A DNA stretch of 63,960 nucleotides, filler included, from Octopus bimaculoides (taxonomy: Eukaryota), in the NCBI RefSeq assembly GCF_001194135.2. It is 6 parts of 5 records of this genome, joined end to end, with 100 filler letters (N's around TTAATTAATTAA, not from the genome) between each part and the next. Parts side by side here need not be neighbours in the genome. Positions count along the whole stretch, not along the records: positions 1 to 29,031 come from NC_068997.1; positions 29,132 to 41,567 come from NC_069007.1; 4 more parts are not named here. One strand, given 5' to 3'. The notes under the pieces are model-generated. The model saw only the letters and a list, made by a program, of their open reading frames with translations, had not been told where the DNA came from and did not search any database. Positions within the stretch are counted from its first letter, which is position 1, and each line of letters starts with the position of its first letter. Below, one piece after another: positions 26,463 through 40,260 of the stretch. The position numbers were made by a program, and so were the translations under genes.

Positions 26463-26609
26463 GTTTCTTTCCTTCTATTTAGAAAAGCATACTCGAAGTA
26501 GGTCCGTTCAACTTTACTAGTTTTGCTCCTGACTCCAGCTTCCGTTAAACAAACTAGAACGAAACACTTCCCTATCGACCTTCCCCTTTACATACAATTT
26601 GAAGAATTT

Positions 26610-27245
26610 GATGACATTCTGAACAGAAAGTAAAATGCATGTCTTCAAATCATATTGCCCAGTCTTGGCTAAAAAGGAATATTTTCACAGACACGACAGA
26701 GTTGGGACCTGTTATGCACTGAAAGCTATGTCAACACTATGGAATAACAACAGAAAAAAGATGGTATAGACACAACCCAGAAAAGGTCACAGAAAATGAG
26801 AAAGCAACCATACTCTGGAATATGCCAATACACACAGAGAAATTAAGGCCAATAGTCCGGATAAAGTTGTCAGAGATCACCAAGAAAAAATGCTTCCTAA
26901 TCGATAATTTTCTCTAAAAGAAACGGAGAAACTTTTAAAATACAAAGATCTGGAAATAGAAGAAACTCGAATGTGGGGCCTAAAAGCAGAAACAATTCCT
27001 ATTATAGTAGGTGCATTAGGTATGAAGAAAACATTCAGACAAATACATAACAAAAACACCAGGACTTACAAGTATATATAACATACAGAAAATAGCACTA
27101 CTAGGCACCGCACACATCCTACGTAAAACATTTTCAGTACAGTGAAAATAAGACTATCACAACAAACCACAGTACATACCCAAGGTACACAGAGCTGCAC
27201 TCGGTAGTGCAGGTGAAAGCACGTGATAAAAATAAGACTACTGAA
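26610..27245 (+). mobile_element. R4/Dong-like element: zinc knuckle + RLE endonuclease + 3' UTR, degenerate
   Basis: CPVLAKKEYFHRHDRVG, WYRHNPEKVTENEKATILWNMPIHT, KYKDLEIE..RMWGLKAETIPIIVGALG, IQKIALLGTAHILRKT. Confidence 0.88.
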
Positions 27246-27299
27246 TAATAACAATAATAGAATAGGAATAACAATAATAGAAAAGGAAGTCAGACATAA

Positions 27300-27724
27300 T
27301 CTTAATTGAGAAAGAAAACAAAGAATAGGAAGCCAGACATATTCGTAATTGAGAAAGAAAACAAACTATGCTGGATCATAGATATAGCATGCCCAGCTGA
27401 CAACAAGGTATGCGATAAGGAAGAAAGAAAAGTCGAGAGATATAACAGGTAAGCTTGGGAAGTTAAGCAGTTGTGGTCGATGAAAAAGGTAGCAGTAGTA
27501 CCAATAATTGTCGGAGACCTAGGAACAGTGAGCAAAAATCTTGAGAAGTACGTGGAACAAATAGGGGTTGCAATAACTGTGGAGCACTTACAGAAAACAG
27601 CACTGCTTGGAACCGCTCGAATACTCCGGAAGATGGTCGAAAAATAAGAGGTGTTACTTTAGTTCACTGGTAGTGAACAGCTGACACCGTAGTACATCTC
27701 CAGCGTTAGAAGTTGTGCAAAGAC

Positions 27725-27725
<1 letters not shown>
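27300..27725 (+). mobile_element. Second R4/Dong-like subfamily, 3' end (RLE)
   Basis: RKPDIFVIEKENKLCWIIDIACPAD...KKVAVVPIIVGDLG...QKTALLGTARILRKMVEK*, then (GAT)n(AAT)n. Confidence 0.9.
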
Positions 27726-28345
<620 letters not shown>

Positions 28346-28374
28346 TCAATAATGATAATAATCTTTTCTACTAT

Positions 28375-28570
28375 AGGCACAAACCTTGAATTTTTGTGGG
28401 AGGGGATAAGTCGATTGCATAGACCCTAGTATTCAACTGGTATTTATTTTATCGAGCTCGAAGGATGAAAGGCAAAGTTGACCCCGGGGGAATGTGAACT
28501 CAGAACACAAAGACGGACGGAATGCTGCAAAGCATTTTGCCCGGCATGCTAACAATTCTGCCAGCTAATA
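28375..28570 (-). mobile_element. SINE family B
   Basis: GGATGAAAGGCAAAGTTGACC...AAGCATTTTGCCCGGCATGCTAACAATTCTGCCAGC. Confidence 0.85.
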
Positions 28571-28981
28571 ATAAAAATAGCAACAACAGCAAAAATAACA
28601 ACAATGATAATAATATCAACAACAGCAATAACAAGATGAATTCAGTGAAAGGAAGTCAAGTAGCATTTGGATAAAGGGAAGTTATCAAAAGAACGTTGTT
28701 CACACGTTTTCACGTACACTGCTGGTTGCTTGTATCAATGTTGTTCTCTTGTACAAACATAAATATAATTTTGCACATATTTGAATAATTTATGTATAAG
28801 TAGTGTCTGTGTATGTATGTGTGCGTGCGTGCGTGTATGTAGTGTGTGTGTGTGTGGTGGTGGGGGAGGGGTGAGTGTATGTGTTTGATAGTGTATGTAT
28901 GTCAGTTCATGGCATATCTTAGCCAGTATGTATGTACATGTGTTTATATGATGGTACATTTATATGCTCTTATACGAATGC

Positions 28982-29031
<50 letters not shown>

Positions 29032-29131
29032 NNNNNNNNNNNNNNNNNNNNNNNNNNNNNNNNNNNNNNNNNNNNTTAATTAATTAANNNNNNNNNNNNN
29101 NNNNNNNNNNNNNNNNNNNNNNNNNNNNNNN
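29032..29131. other. Artificial contig-join spacer
   Basis: 44 N + TTAATTAATTAA (stops in all six frames) + 44 N. Confidence 0.95.
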
Positions 29132-29291
29132 TCTCACTCTCAATCTCTCTCTCTCACACTCTGTCTCTCTCTCTGTCTCTCTCTTTCTCTCTCTCTTTCT
29201 CTCTCTCACTCTCTCTTTCTCTCTCTCTCTCACTCTCTCTTTCTCTCTCTCTCTGTCTCTCTCTCTCTCTCTGTCTCTCTCTCTGTCTCTC

Positions 29292-29333
<42 letters not shown>

Positions 29334-29499
29334 TCTCTCTGTCTCTCTCTCTCTCTGTCTCACTCTCAATCTCTCTCTCTCACACTCTCTCTCTCTCTGT
29401 CTGTCTGTCTCCCCCCCCTCTCTCTACTTGATGTTCAATGCAATTGCCATTTCATTCATCTGTTTCTGCTGTTTCAGTTATTCTTGTTGCTGCTGCTGC

Positions 29500-30005
29500 T
29501 ACATGCACTTCCTGTACCATGTGTCACATTGCTCCACACTATGCCACATCGTGCCACATTACTCCACCCTGTGTCACAATTCCCCACATTGCTTCTCCCT
29601 ATTCCACGTTACGTCACATTGTGCCACACTGCTCCTCATCGTGCCATATTTTTCCTCACTGTGCCATACTACTCCTCACTGTCACACTACTCTGCATCAC
29701 ATCACTTTATCCCTCACTGTGCCACACTGCTCCTCACTGTGCCACACCACTCCACATCACATCACGTTATTCCTCACCATGCCACACTACACCACATTGC
29801 ATCACATTGTGCCTCGTGGTGTCACACTGCTCCTCATCGTATCATACTGCTCTACATTGCATCTGTGTTGCACTGCTCCACACTGTGTAACTGTGTCACA
29901 TTCCACACCATGTCACACAGTGCCACACCACGTCTCAATGTGTCGCACTGTGCCACTTGCTCCACACTGTGCCACTTGCTCCACACTGTGCAACTTGCTC
30001 CACAT
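29500..30005. repeat. Degenerate 5/10/20-bp periodic satellite (CACAC TGTGC / CACACTGCTCCTCACTGTGC)
   Basis: Clear pentamer phasing, ending in three ~19-bp copies of GTGCCACTTGCTCCACACT. Confidence 0.85.
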
Positions 30006-30079
30006 GGTCTGACCTGATTGGATCTATGTATAGACTGGACATAGGTGTTATGGTTATGTTATCATTATTGTTGTTGTTA

Positions 30080-30535
30080 TTGGTGATGGTGACATATAAC
30101 AAGAGAGCAGTGCATGCCATCAAAGTGACACTCGGGTAAAATATTCGAAGCCCAGTATACCCATCATGACTACCCGTCTGATAAGGGTACACCAGGCACA
30201 TGCATCACAACCATATGTGCACAACATGGTGATCTCATATCAAGATAAACAGCACATGACCTTGCAGGTGGGGCCCAGTTAGAATTTTCTTCAGGTCGAG
30301 TAGCCCATCCCTGAATAAGGTTTGTTTTAAGGATGTTGAGCAAAACACCCATGTTTCCAGAGATGAATTATTCAAACTCCAAAGAATTCCTCTCAACACA
30401 TGGCTATGATGCTCCTCCACTACTTCTGCTCGTGATCAGAGATGCACATATCGTCAGCCACCAAGGGACATGCTCAACTGGTTAAGGTCAAGCGACTGAC
30501 AAGCAAATCTGTGGTATTGAGCAGAATATTTGACA
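30080..30535 (-). mobile_element. Family D element, second copy
   Basis: Reverse-complement similarity to 27825-28345. Confidence 0.8.
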
Positions 30536-32159
30536 GGATCTGGTGAGTTGGAGAACATTGGTGCTTGATGCAGGCCTCTGATTCATCAGATCTTGTTGAG
30601 CCATTAAACCCAAGCCAGAGGGAGGACAGATGTTAAATGATGATTTACTTATGTCTATTTACCTTTCTCTCTATCTAACTACCTACCTGTCTATTTATCT
30701 ATCAATCCATTTATCTGTCCATCCATCCACCTGTCTGTTTGTCCGTCTGTCCATCTCTTTCTCTCTCCCTACCTACCTACCTACCTATCTATTTATCGAT
30801 CCATCCATCTATCAATCAGCCTATCAGCAAATCTTGTTGGTAATCTGTTGATTATTCAGAATGTCATTACTCACTTGTTTATATGGTAAACCTGATGATT
30901 TGAGAGTTGCATAACATGTTGCATAATCTTCTTGAAGTTGTGCATACTCTATACCTGACTGTAATATGTTTGTCACAGCAGACATTCAATGAAACATTTA
31001 CCAAAGAACCCATCTAGTCCATTCCATAAAATAAGAGTATACTGGAGAGTATAAGAGGGATGAGTCTCTGAAGCATGTTTAAGGTTGTTATCTCGAGCAT
31101 GAATGAGAATATCACGATTTTCATGGGGATCACCAACCATAAAGATGGCTTCTTCAATAGATGTGGGTTCATTAAAACCACGTAAAATATCGTTTTCTAT
31201 AGTTTACGATAGATGAAACGGACGCAGAAACACACACACACACTCACAGACATATACACACTCATAGAATTGATAATATTGTAAATAGCAAAATGTACAC
31301 ACACGAAGTTCAAGCGAAACGAAATGTAGTTAATAGAGGTGCAAAACATACTTTCTGTAGTATAGTTATGGCATAAAAATTTTTGTTAGGGAATATTTCG
31401 AAAAGAAATATTCCAGCATCAGAAACTCACCAATTTAGCGAAAATAATCGATTGATGTTTACTTTTAACACCCGGCCACCAAAACAAAACAAAACAAAAA
31501 AAAGCAAGTGTAATAGGTGTGAAAAAATGTGTATTAAACAAATATGGAAACCAAAATTCGCGCTAACGAANNNNNNNNNNNNNNNNNNNNNNNNNNNNNN
31601 NNNNNNNNNNNNNNNNNNNNNNNNNNNNNNNNNNNNNNNNNNNNNNNNNNNNNNNNNNNNNNNNNNNNNNNNNNNNNNNNNNNNNNNNNNNNNNNNNNNN
31701 NNNNNNNNNNNNNNNNNNNNNNNNNNNNNNNNNNNNNNNNNNNNNNNNNNNNNNNNNNNNNNNNNNNNNNNNNNNNNNNNNNNNNNNNNNNNNNNNNNNN
31801 NNNNNNNNNNNNNNNNNNNNNNNNNNNNNNNNNNNNNNNNNNNNNNNNNNNNNNNNNNNNNNNNNNNNNNNNNNNNNNNNNNNNNNNNNNNNNNNNNNNN
31901 NNNNNNNNNNNNNNNNNNNNNNNNNNNNNNNNNNNNNNNNNNNNNNNNNNNNNNNNNNNNNNNNNNNNNNNNNNNNNNNNNNNNNNNNNNNNNNNNNNNN
32001 NNNNNNNNNNNNNNNNNNNNNNNNNNNNNNNNNNNNNNNNNNNNNNNNNNNNNNNNNNNNNNNNNNNNNNNNNNNNNNNNNNNNNNNNNNNNNNNNNNNN
32101 NNNNNNNNNNNNNNNNNNNNNNNNNNNNNNNNNNNNNNTATATATATGTATGTGTGTTT

Positions 32160-32368
32160 GTGTGTCTGTGTTTGTCCCCCCACCATCGCTTGACAACCAA
32201 TGCTGGTGTGTTTACGTCCCCGTAACTTAGCGGTTGGGCAAAAAAGAGACCGATAGAATAAGTACTAGGCTTACAAAGAATAAGTCCTGGGGTCGATTTT
32301 CTTGACTAAAGGCGGTGCTCCAGCATGGCCGCAGTCAAATGACTGAAACAAGTAAGAGTAAAAGAGTA
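32160..32368 (+). mobile_element. SINE family A, 3' half
   Basis: Near-consensus tail with CpGs intact. Confidence 0.9.
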
Positions 32369-32527
32369 CAGTGGAGAACCGATTTTGTACCATGTCTTAT
32401 AATAATGAGAAAGTCCCAACGGTGATGTGCTAAAAACAACAACTAAATCGCCCTTAACTTTTTTTCCCATAGTGAAACTATATTCAACACCGTATTCATG
32501 AATTTGTTTCTCTCACCATGATGCATA

Positions 32528-32877
32528 CTCTTTTACTCTTTTACTTGTTTCAGTCATTTGACTGTGGCCATGCTGGAGCACTGCCTTTAGTTGAGCAAAT
32601 CAACACCAGGACTTATTCTTTGGAAGCCTAGTACTTATTCTATCGGTCCCTTGGGCCGAACCTCTAAGTTACAGGGACATAAACACACCACCATGGGTTG
32701 TCAAACTATGTTGGGGGTGGGAGACAAACACTGACACACAAACACATACACACATACATATCTATCTATATATATATATATACATATATACATCGGGCTT
32801 CTTTCAGTTTCTGTCTACCAAATCCACTCACAAGGCTTTGGTCGGCCTGAGGCTATAGTAGAAGACACTTGCCCATG
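32528..32877 (-). mobile_element. SINE family A, near full-length
   Basis: Both halves with a (CA)/(TA) spacer. Inverted relative to 32160-32368. Confidence 0.9.
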
Positions 32878-33119
32878 GGATCTTTTAAAAAACTTGTTTT
32901 GCAACTGAAATGAAAGATAAATGAATCTTCCAAAATTACTGTCACCAATGTAACAAAGCACAGAAAGTCAACATTTATTTAGAATATGAACTAAATGTTA
33001 TAAAACTCAGGATTGAATGCCATGGTGAAGAAAGTGAAGCTCCAAGAAAATTCAGAAGGCATAATTCAATTTTTCATACAAAAATAATTTATTGTTTTAC
33101 AAGACCTATTGGGGCAAGT

Positions 33120-33425
33120 GAATTTGAAATCGTGATGGCACCTGTACCAGTGGAGGACTAAGAGCACCGTCTGAGCGTGATCATTACCAGAGCAGCTGTC
33201 TGGCTTCCGTGCCAGTGGCATGTAAATAGCACCATTTGAGTATGATTGTTACCAGCGTCGCCTTATTGGCACTTGTGCTGGTAGCACATGAAATACATTC
33301 GAGTGAGATCGTTGCCAGTGCTGCTGGGCTGGTTCTGTGCAGGTGGCATGTAAAATACACCGTTTGTGCGTGACCATTGCCGGTACCGCCTGAATGGCAT
33401 TCGTGCCGGTGGCACGTAAAAGCAT
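33120..33425 (+). repeat. ~60-bp degenerate tandem units from SINE family C
   Basis: Recurring GTGCC(A/G)GTGGCA(T/C)GTAAA(A)AGCACC...GAGCGTGATC...TTGCCAG. Same unit on the minus strand at 59340-59528. Confidence 0.75.
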
Positions 33426-33588
33426 CTTTCTTCCTCCTTTAACGCCTATGTGATATAATTTTTGGGAGAGAATACATTTGCGGCTGAAGATAGCTTTATA
33501 TTGTCAATTATACACTGATGTAACAACTATGAAGCTTGAAACACGTGTACCGCAGAATCCTTTGTGTTTTGTTTTTATTTTTGCATTT

Positions 33589-33630
<42 letters not shown>

Positions 33631-33724
33631 AAATCCACTCACCAAGGTGCTACATAGTGGGACAGAACCATGTGGTTGGGAAGCAAGCATCTAGCCATAC
33701 ATACATATATATATATATATACTT

Positions 33725-33922
33725 GGTGAACCTTGCTGGTGCCATGTAAAAAGTATTCAGTCCACCCTGTAAGGTGGTTGGTGTTAGGAAGGGCATAAAA
33801 GCTCTGCCAAAACAGACACTGAAGCCTGGTGCAGTCTTCTAGTCAACCAGATCCTGACAAATTGTCCCACCCATGCCAGCATGGATAAGAGACATTAAAC
33901 AATGATGATGATGATGATGTTG
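33725..33922 (+). mobile_element. SINE family C with RTE-like tail and (GAT)n
   Basis: GGTTGGTGTTAGGAAGGGCAT...CCCATGCCAGCATGGA...ATTAAAC(AATG)ATGATG. Confidence 0.8.
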
Positions 33923-34039
33923 ATATATATATATATCGTCAACATACTTACATATATATATATATATATAAACATACACACACACACATATATATGAATG
34001 TATGTGTATGTGTATGCTGTACTGTATGGCATTCATGCC

Positions 34040-35065
34040 AAGAGCTCTAATATGAACATTTCAGAGGGTTCTGGGTGTCAATCTGAGGACAGTGCTGAGG
34101 ATTCAGAAAGAGTTAGATGAGTGTAATGGTGATTACAAAGGTACGGCAGCTTGGAAAACCTCACTCTGATTGTTCTGATGATTCAGAACAATCAGAGTGA
34201 ATTTGTTGGTGAGATCCAGGGACATGGCAGTGTCTGAGTTTCTTCTCAAGCAGGTAGTGTATAAGGACATTCAGTATTCCGTATACAAGATGAGAAAGGG
34301 CCAATTTTTATCTCAAGCCATCAGGCAGAAGAGGAACGCTGTGCTACAAAGGTTTTGAACAAACTCAAGCATCCCCTCCAACTGAACATGCTTTGGTTTT
34401 TCTCAGACGAGAAAAATTTCTGCCAGGATCAGATGGTGAACACACATCACATCTGTTGGCTTGCTGTGTCCCCAAAACATGTACCAAGAGTGATAAAAAT
34501 CAAACATCCTGTCAACATCATGGTGTTTGGAGTGATCACTAGTGATGGCGATGTTATGCCTCCATTCATCTTCCCACACAGCCTCAGACTCAACACGGAA
34601 GCCTACATCAAGTGCCTGGAGATAGTGCTAACCTTGGTGAAAAGGGTGGCCGCTGGAAGACCCTATGTCTAGCAACAGGACTCTACACCATGCCACACAA
34701 GCAGGAGAACCCAGTCATGGCTGACAGACCATTTCTGTGACCACATCACCCCTAACATCTGGCCACATAACTACCCTAGACTGCAGCCCCCTTGATTATT
34801 ATGTGTGGGGTGCAGTTGAGTGAGAGAACAACAAAACTCCTTGTAACACCAAGGATGAACTGAAGGCAAGGATTATGGCAGCATTCACCAACTTAAACAA
34901 GGAGACCATTCATAAGAGTTGCAGGAGATTCCAAAGTCGTCTGGAGGCCATGGTTGAAGGCAATGGCAATTTTATTGAATTAGAGATTTTAATGTAATTT
35001 TGGTAAATATATCTGTTAAAATGAGATGTCAGTGTTATTTTCACTTTTGTGTAATTTAGATAATT
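34040..35065 (+). mobile_element. Degenerate maT-family (DD37D) Tc1/mariner transposon
   Basis: FFSDEKNF...QQDS...WPHN.PDCSPLDYY. I count 37 residues between the 2nd and 3rd catalytic Asp after correcting a 1-bp insertion. Confidence 0.88.
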
Positions 35066-35486
35066 NNNNNNNNNNNNNNNNNNNNNNNNNNNNNNNNNNN
35101 NNNNNNNNNNNNNNNNNNNNNNNNNNNNNNNNNNNNNNNNNNNNNNNNNNNNNNNNNNNNNNNNNNNNNNNNNNNNNNNNNNNNNNNNNNNNNNNNNNNN
35201 NNNNNNNNNNNNNNNNNNNNNNNNNNNNNNNNNNNNNNNNNNNNNNNNNNNNNNNNNNNNNNNNNNNNNNNNNNNNNNNNNNNNNNNNNNNNNNNNNNNN
35301 NNNNNNNNNNNNNNNNNNNNNNNNNNNNNNNNNNNNNNNNNNNNNNNNNNNNNNNNNNNNNNNNNNNNNNNNNNNNNNNNNNNNNNNNNNNNNNNNNNNN
35401 NNNNNNNNNNNNNNNNNNNNNNNNNNNNNNNNNNNNNNNNNNNNNNNNNNNNNNNNNNNNNNNNNNNNNNNNNNNNNNNNNNNNNN

Positions 35487-35531
<45 letters not shown>

Positions 35532-36659
35532 TATATATAATGAAAGAAGTAATGAGAGGTGATTTGATACTTTGACCTATGTAGTAGGGCAGTGACCCTT
35601 GACATTGACTTATGATACACATGCACGCACACACACACACATGCGTTTATGAATGAGTATATGTGTGTTTGTGTGGTTTGTCTGTTTATAAAGTGCCCGT
35701 GGTAGTGTACAGAATAATATATTAGCAAATTAATAAAATGTTACTGTCACAACAACAACAACAAGAAAAAAAATGGAAGACTATTACTAATGTTGTTCAG
35801 TAATATTATTAATAAAAGATCGCTGTCAAAAGTAAAATAACTTAAATTAAAATACTGTTTATTATTTGAACCTAGTACTTTCATTCACCTTGGGACTTGT
35901 CAAAATTGAATGTATATAATGTTATTGCTAAGTAACATTGTTATGTGTGTCTCTCTAGGCAGAGCTCTTGTTTGTCTGGTCTCAGACGAAAATTTCTTCA
36001 TGAAATATTTTCCCATTTCTTTCCAGTATTGTGGATCATGTCTTGTATATTTACAAAGAGAAAATTCCTTGAAGTTGCTATTATACTCTTAAAACTTCTA
36101 AATGTTCACTTTGTGGGATTCTCCTTATTTATGGTTGTCATATGTGCTGTTTGTGTATTCTGACTCATTCGCATAAGACATTTACTGTCTGACTGATGTA
36201 ATTTACTTTATAGTTAAGACAGGTTATGCAATATATCAAATTTCCTGTCTTTTAGTTCATGTCAGCTTTTATTCTTAAAGTCTACCTGGTTTTTAATTTC
36301 ATCTTAGAATTTATTACTGTATTGTAGAAGTTATTTTGCATTGTATTTTTCACACCTGATAACTTATTTTCTCTAAACACTAGCAGACTGTGTAGTGAAG
36401 AATTTTGCTTCTAAGCCAAATAGTTTTGGGTTCAGTTTCACTGATTGGTACCTTGCTTACTATAGAGCCAAGCTGACTAAAACTTCGCAAATGGATGCGG
36501 TAGAAGGAAACTAACACTAAAGGAAACGAGCACTGAAAGTTACAATGTTTCATATATGAATACGTCTATGTAAGCAATTTAGTTGAAGATAAAAAAATAG
36601 GTGATGGGTGTATATGCATATTTCAGGAGTTATTGCTCTTTCATAATTTCCTCCATGCT

Positions 36660-36698
<39 letters not shown>

Positions 36699-37399
36699 NN
36701 NNNNNNNNNNNNNNNNNNNNNNNNNNNNNNNNNNNNNNNNNNNNNNNNNNNNNNNNNNNNNNNNNNNNNNNNNNNNNNNNNNNNNNNNNNNNNNNNNNNN
36801 NNNNNNNNNNNNNNNNNNNNNNNNNNNNNNNNNNNNNNNNNNNNNNNNNNNNNNNNNNNNNNNNNNNNNNNNNNNNNNNNNNNNNNNNNNNNNNNNNNNN
36901 NNNNNNNNNNNNNNNNNNNNNNNNNNNNNNNNNNNNNNNNNNNNNNNNNNNNNNNNNNNNNNNNNNNNNNNNNNNNNNNNNNNNNNNNNNNNNNNNNNNN
37001 NNNNNNNNNNNNNNNNNNNNNNNNNNNNNNNNNNNNNNNNNNNNNNNNNNNNNNNNNNNNNNNNNNNNNNNNNNNNNNNNNNNNNNNNNNNNNNNNNNNN
37101 NNNNNNNNNNNNNNNNNNNNNNNNNNNNNNNNNNNNNNNNNNNNNNNNNNNNNNNNNNNNNNNNNNNNNNNNNNNNNNNNNNNNNNNNNNNNNNNNNNNN
37201 NNNNNNNNNNNNNNNNNNNNNNNNNNNNNNNNNNNNNNNNNNNNNNNNNNNNNNNNNNNNNNNNNNNNNNNNNNNNNNNNNNNNNNNNNNNNNNNNNNNN
37301 NNNNNNNNNNNNNNNNCAATTCATTACAGCCATTTCTAATGAATTTTTTAATTGATCAATGAGTACATAATATCATTATAAAGAACTGATTTCTTCAGA

Positions 37400-38590
37400 T
37401 GAATCTTGCAATCAAGGACATTTAAAATAATTTAAAATCGATGGCACATACGTATTTAGTGATTCTATGACTGACTCGTACTGCTAATGGAAATGAGCAT
37501 GTAATATTCTCTAACAAGATCTCAAATTCTTTTAATATAAAATTGGTTAAAAGATGTAAAGATAAAAATAAGACAAATGCTATCTTTAAAATGGATTGAA
37601 ATCAGAGAATACATACTTCTTCAAAAAACAGGTATAAACATCAAAATTATGATCTTAACTTCAAGAATACTTTATGGTTAATTGTTCCATTTGGTAAACA
37701 GGTCAATTGCAATTTTTAAAAATTGCTTAATATAGCAATTCGAAAATATTTTCCAAGAAACCACAGATATTACAAAATTTTTAATCGACATAAGATTAGA
37801 TCAAGTTATTGTCTTAGTTGCAGTATTGCACAAATTCTAGCAACATCTAACATTAAAATAATATCGAAATTTCAAAAAAGTGATTTCAATCAGAATAGTA
37901 TAATAAATTCCAAGCATAATAACATCAAACTGGATAAAGAAACTCAAATAGAAGGGTATGTTGAGAAATTAAATGTTGTGGAACGGTAAACAACCCAATT
38001 TAACGTAAATAATGTCAAATTGAATAAAAGTTCAGCTAGAAATAGAACAATGATAATGTTATCTAAAGGAGTAAATAGTTATAGAGAACTTGGTGGAAAT
38101 GAATTTAATTCTACAATCAATGATCAAATTGAAAGTAAATCTGATGAAATATAAAAGTCTTTGCAATTGTTCTTTGGAAAATAAGTGTAAAACTAAAAGT
38201 GCAATATATAGATGTAGTTACATCTGAGGGTAAGGAATTCTTTTACATCAGTGGGACATCATTAATTTTCAAGAGGAGACTGGCAAATCATTTGAGTTTA
38301 TTGAAGGACAAAAATAAAAGGTTTCAAACGAGTCTTAGCAAATTAATCTGGTCTTTCAAGGACAGTAACAAGGACTATGATTAAATGGGGATTAATTTAC
38401 AGACCTGGAACCAATAGATATGACCTATGTGTAGAAGAATTTTACAGGATTTCAACATCCAAGAGTAATGTAATAAATTCTAGATGGGAAAAAACATCGA
38501 GATGCTTGCACATGAGAAAGTTCACATTTGCCAAATATAAATGAGTAATTATCATGTAAACTGTATGAAGTTTTGAAATTATGGACTGAA
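37400..38590 (+). mobile_element. Penelope-like element, GIY-YIG region, degenerate
   Basis: RKYFPRNHRYYKIFNRHKIRSSY; FFYISGTSLIFKRRLANHLS..KDKNKRFQTSLSKLIWSFKD. Confidence 0.78.
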
Positions 38591-38989
38591 AATGGTTATC
38601 CAGAAAGAACTTGAAATAGAGATTGTTTGTGTCTGAAAATTGTCACTAATGGTGGTAGTGATAATGGTGGTGATGATGATGCTGATGGACTGTGACGATG
38701 ATAGATGGTGGTGGTGGTGATAATGGTGATGATGGTGGTGGTGGTGATGATGATGATGGTGATAAATACACAGAGCTGGAACAGATAACGCAAGGTGTTA
38801 TGACTGCTGCTTTAACAATTTCTCCAATTCATCATCTAGATTAGTAATCTCACTTAACAACCCTTGAAGGGATGAATGTCAAAGTTGATCCCAGCAAGAT
38901 TTGAACTCATTGGGTAGAGACTCATAACAAATGTCATGAGTCGTTCTAATCCCCCCCCCCCCCATTGGACTCTGTTAATTTGCTGCTGC

Positions 38990-40260
38990 AATCCTGATAT
39001 TTCATAATTTTAGAAATACTTCTCATCTGGTTTCTAGCAAATATAATGGATAGGTAAAGAGTGTTATGAATGGGGGTTTTTGCCCTTTAATTTGTCCTCG
39101 AAATTCAAAGTAGTTGTTGAGAAAGTGTTTATATTTCTTTATGATGTATTTTTAAAGTTTTCCTCAAATATAATTTCTGCTATGTGATATATCTCATTCT
39201 AAGGATCATAACAAGAGGTTAGCATACAAAGGTGCCACTCTTGTGCCCATGGTTACTCTCTTTAACTGTCTATGTATTTTTTCATCAACTTAAAAAATGT
39301 TTTTTGTGTGTTTCCTGAATGGCTTATAAACACCTTCCACGCTGCAATTGTTTTCGTTCCATCTCATGATCTCAGATCAGGTCACTTGCTATGCAAGTAA
39401 ATCTCCGTAAAAAAAGTTTTCTTTTCATATTAAGTGTACATACATATATACATATATACTTATACATCTGTATCTGTCTATCTGTCTGTCTATCTATCTA
39501 AATACACATACATACATGTATATACATACATGTATATATATACAACACATACAAACAGACAAGTGTTAACACTCGTTTTTGACATATTTTTTAAAGTTTT
39601 GCTCAGAAATCATTTCTACTTTGTGATATGATCTACTCTAAGCATCTCATCAAAGGGTTCACATAGAAGGGTGCCACTCTGGTACCCATGGCTGCTCTCC
39701 TATTGGTTCACTTCTTTTGGGTATTTTTCAGTGAAGTTAAAGATATTAAAGCTATCACTGTGATGATGAATTCTGTTTTGAAACATATATTTGCCTTACC
39801 TCTTTGGTTTTCTACCCAATAGCTAACTGCTGTTTGGCCTAACATAAATGGTATATTGGCATAAAAACTATCCTCAAAGATAACAAGCTATATGTGAAAA
39901 TAAATGGATTTCTTTTAATATAGTCCATCAACTGTTACTCTAAGAATCCTCTCACTAGGTCAGCATAGAACGATGTAACTCTTGTATCCAAGGCTACCCT
40001 CTTTATCTGGCTGTATGTTTTTCCATCAAAGTTAAAGATGTTTTCTTTTGATATTAAGTGTAGATTTGTAATGATGATTTCCATTTTGAAACACTTATTT
40101 ATCTTGTTTCTATGGTTTTCTACCCATTATCTGACTGTTTCTTGGCCTAACAGAAATGGTACATTGATATAAAAAACTATGTCCAAAGATATTAAGCTAT
40201 ATATGAAGAAATATGGATTTCCTTAAACACATTCCATCTACTGTCCCAGAAGGCACCACT
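38990..40260 (-). mobile_element. Penelope-like reverse-transcriptase fragments, tandemly repeated
   Basis: LISKENIFNFDGKTYSQIKRVALDTRVTSFYADLVRGFLE resembles the PLE RT motif (F.FDG..Y.Q..G.AMG....P.YANL). A ~310-bp unit recurs about three times. Confidence 0.65.

Noticed and set aside
29076-29087. TTAATTAATTAA as a recurring biological motif
   Set aside because: It is always centred in exactly 44+44 N and has stops in six frames: a synthetic linker.
29323-30017. Cys/His-rich metallothionein- or keratin-associated-like protein
   Set aside because: Three overlapping open frames with a 5/10-bp (non-triplet) period indicate a satellite.
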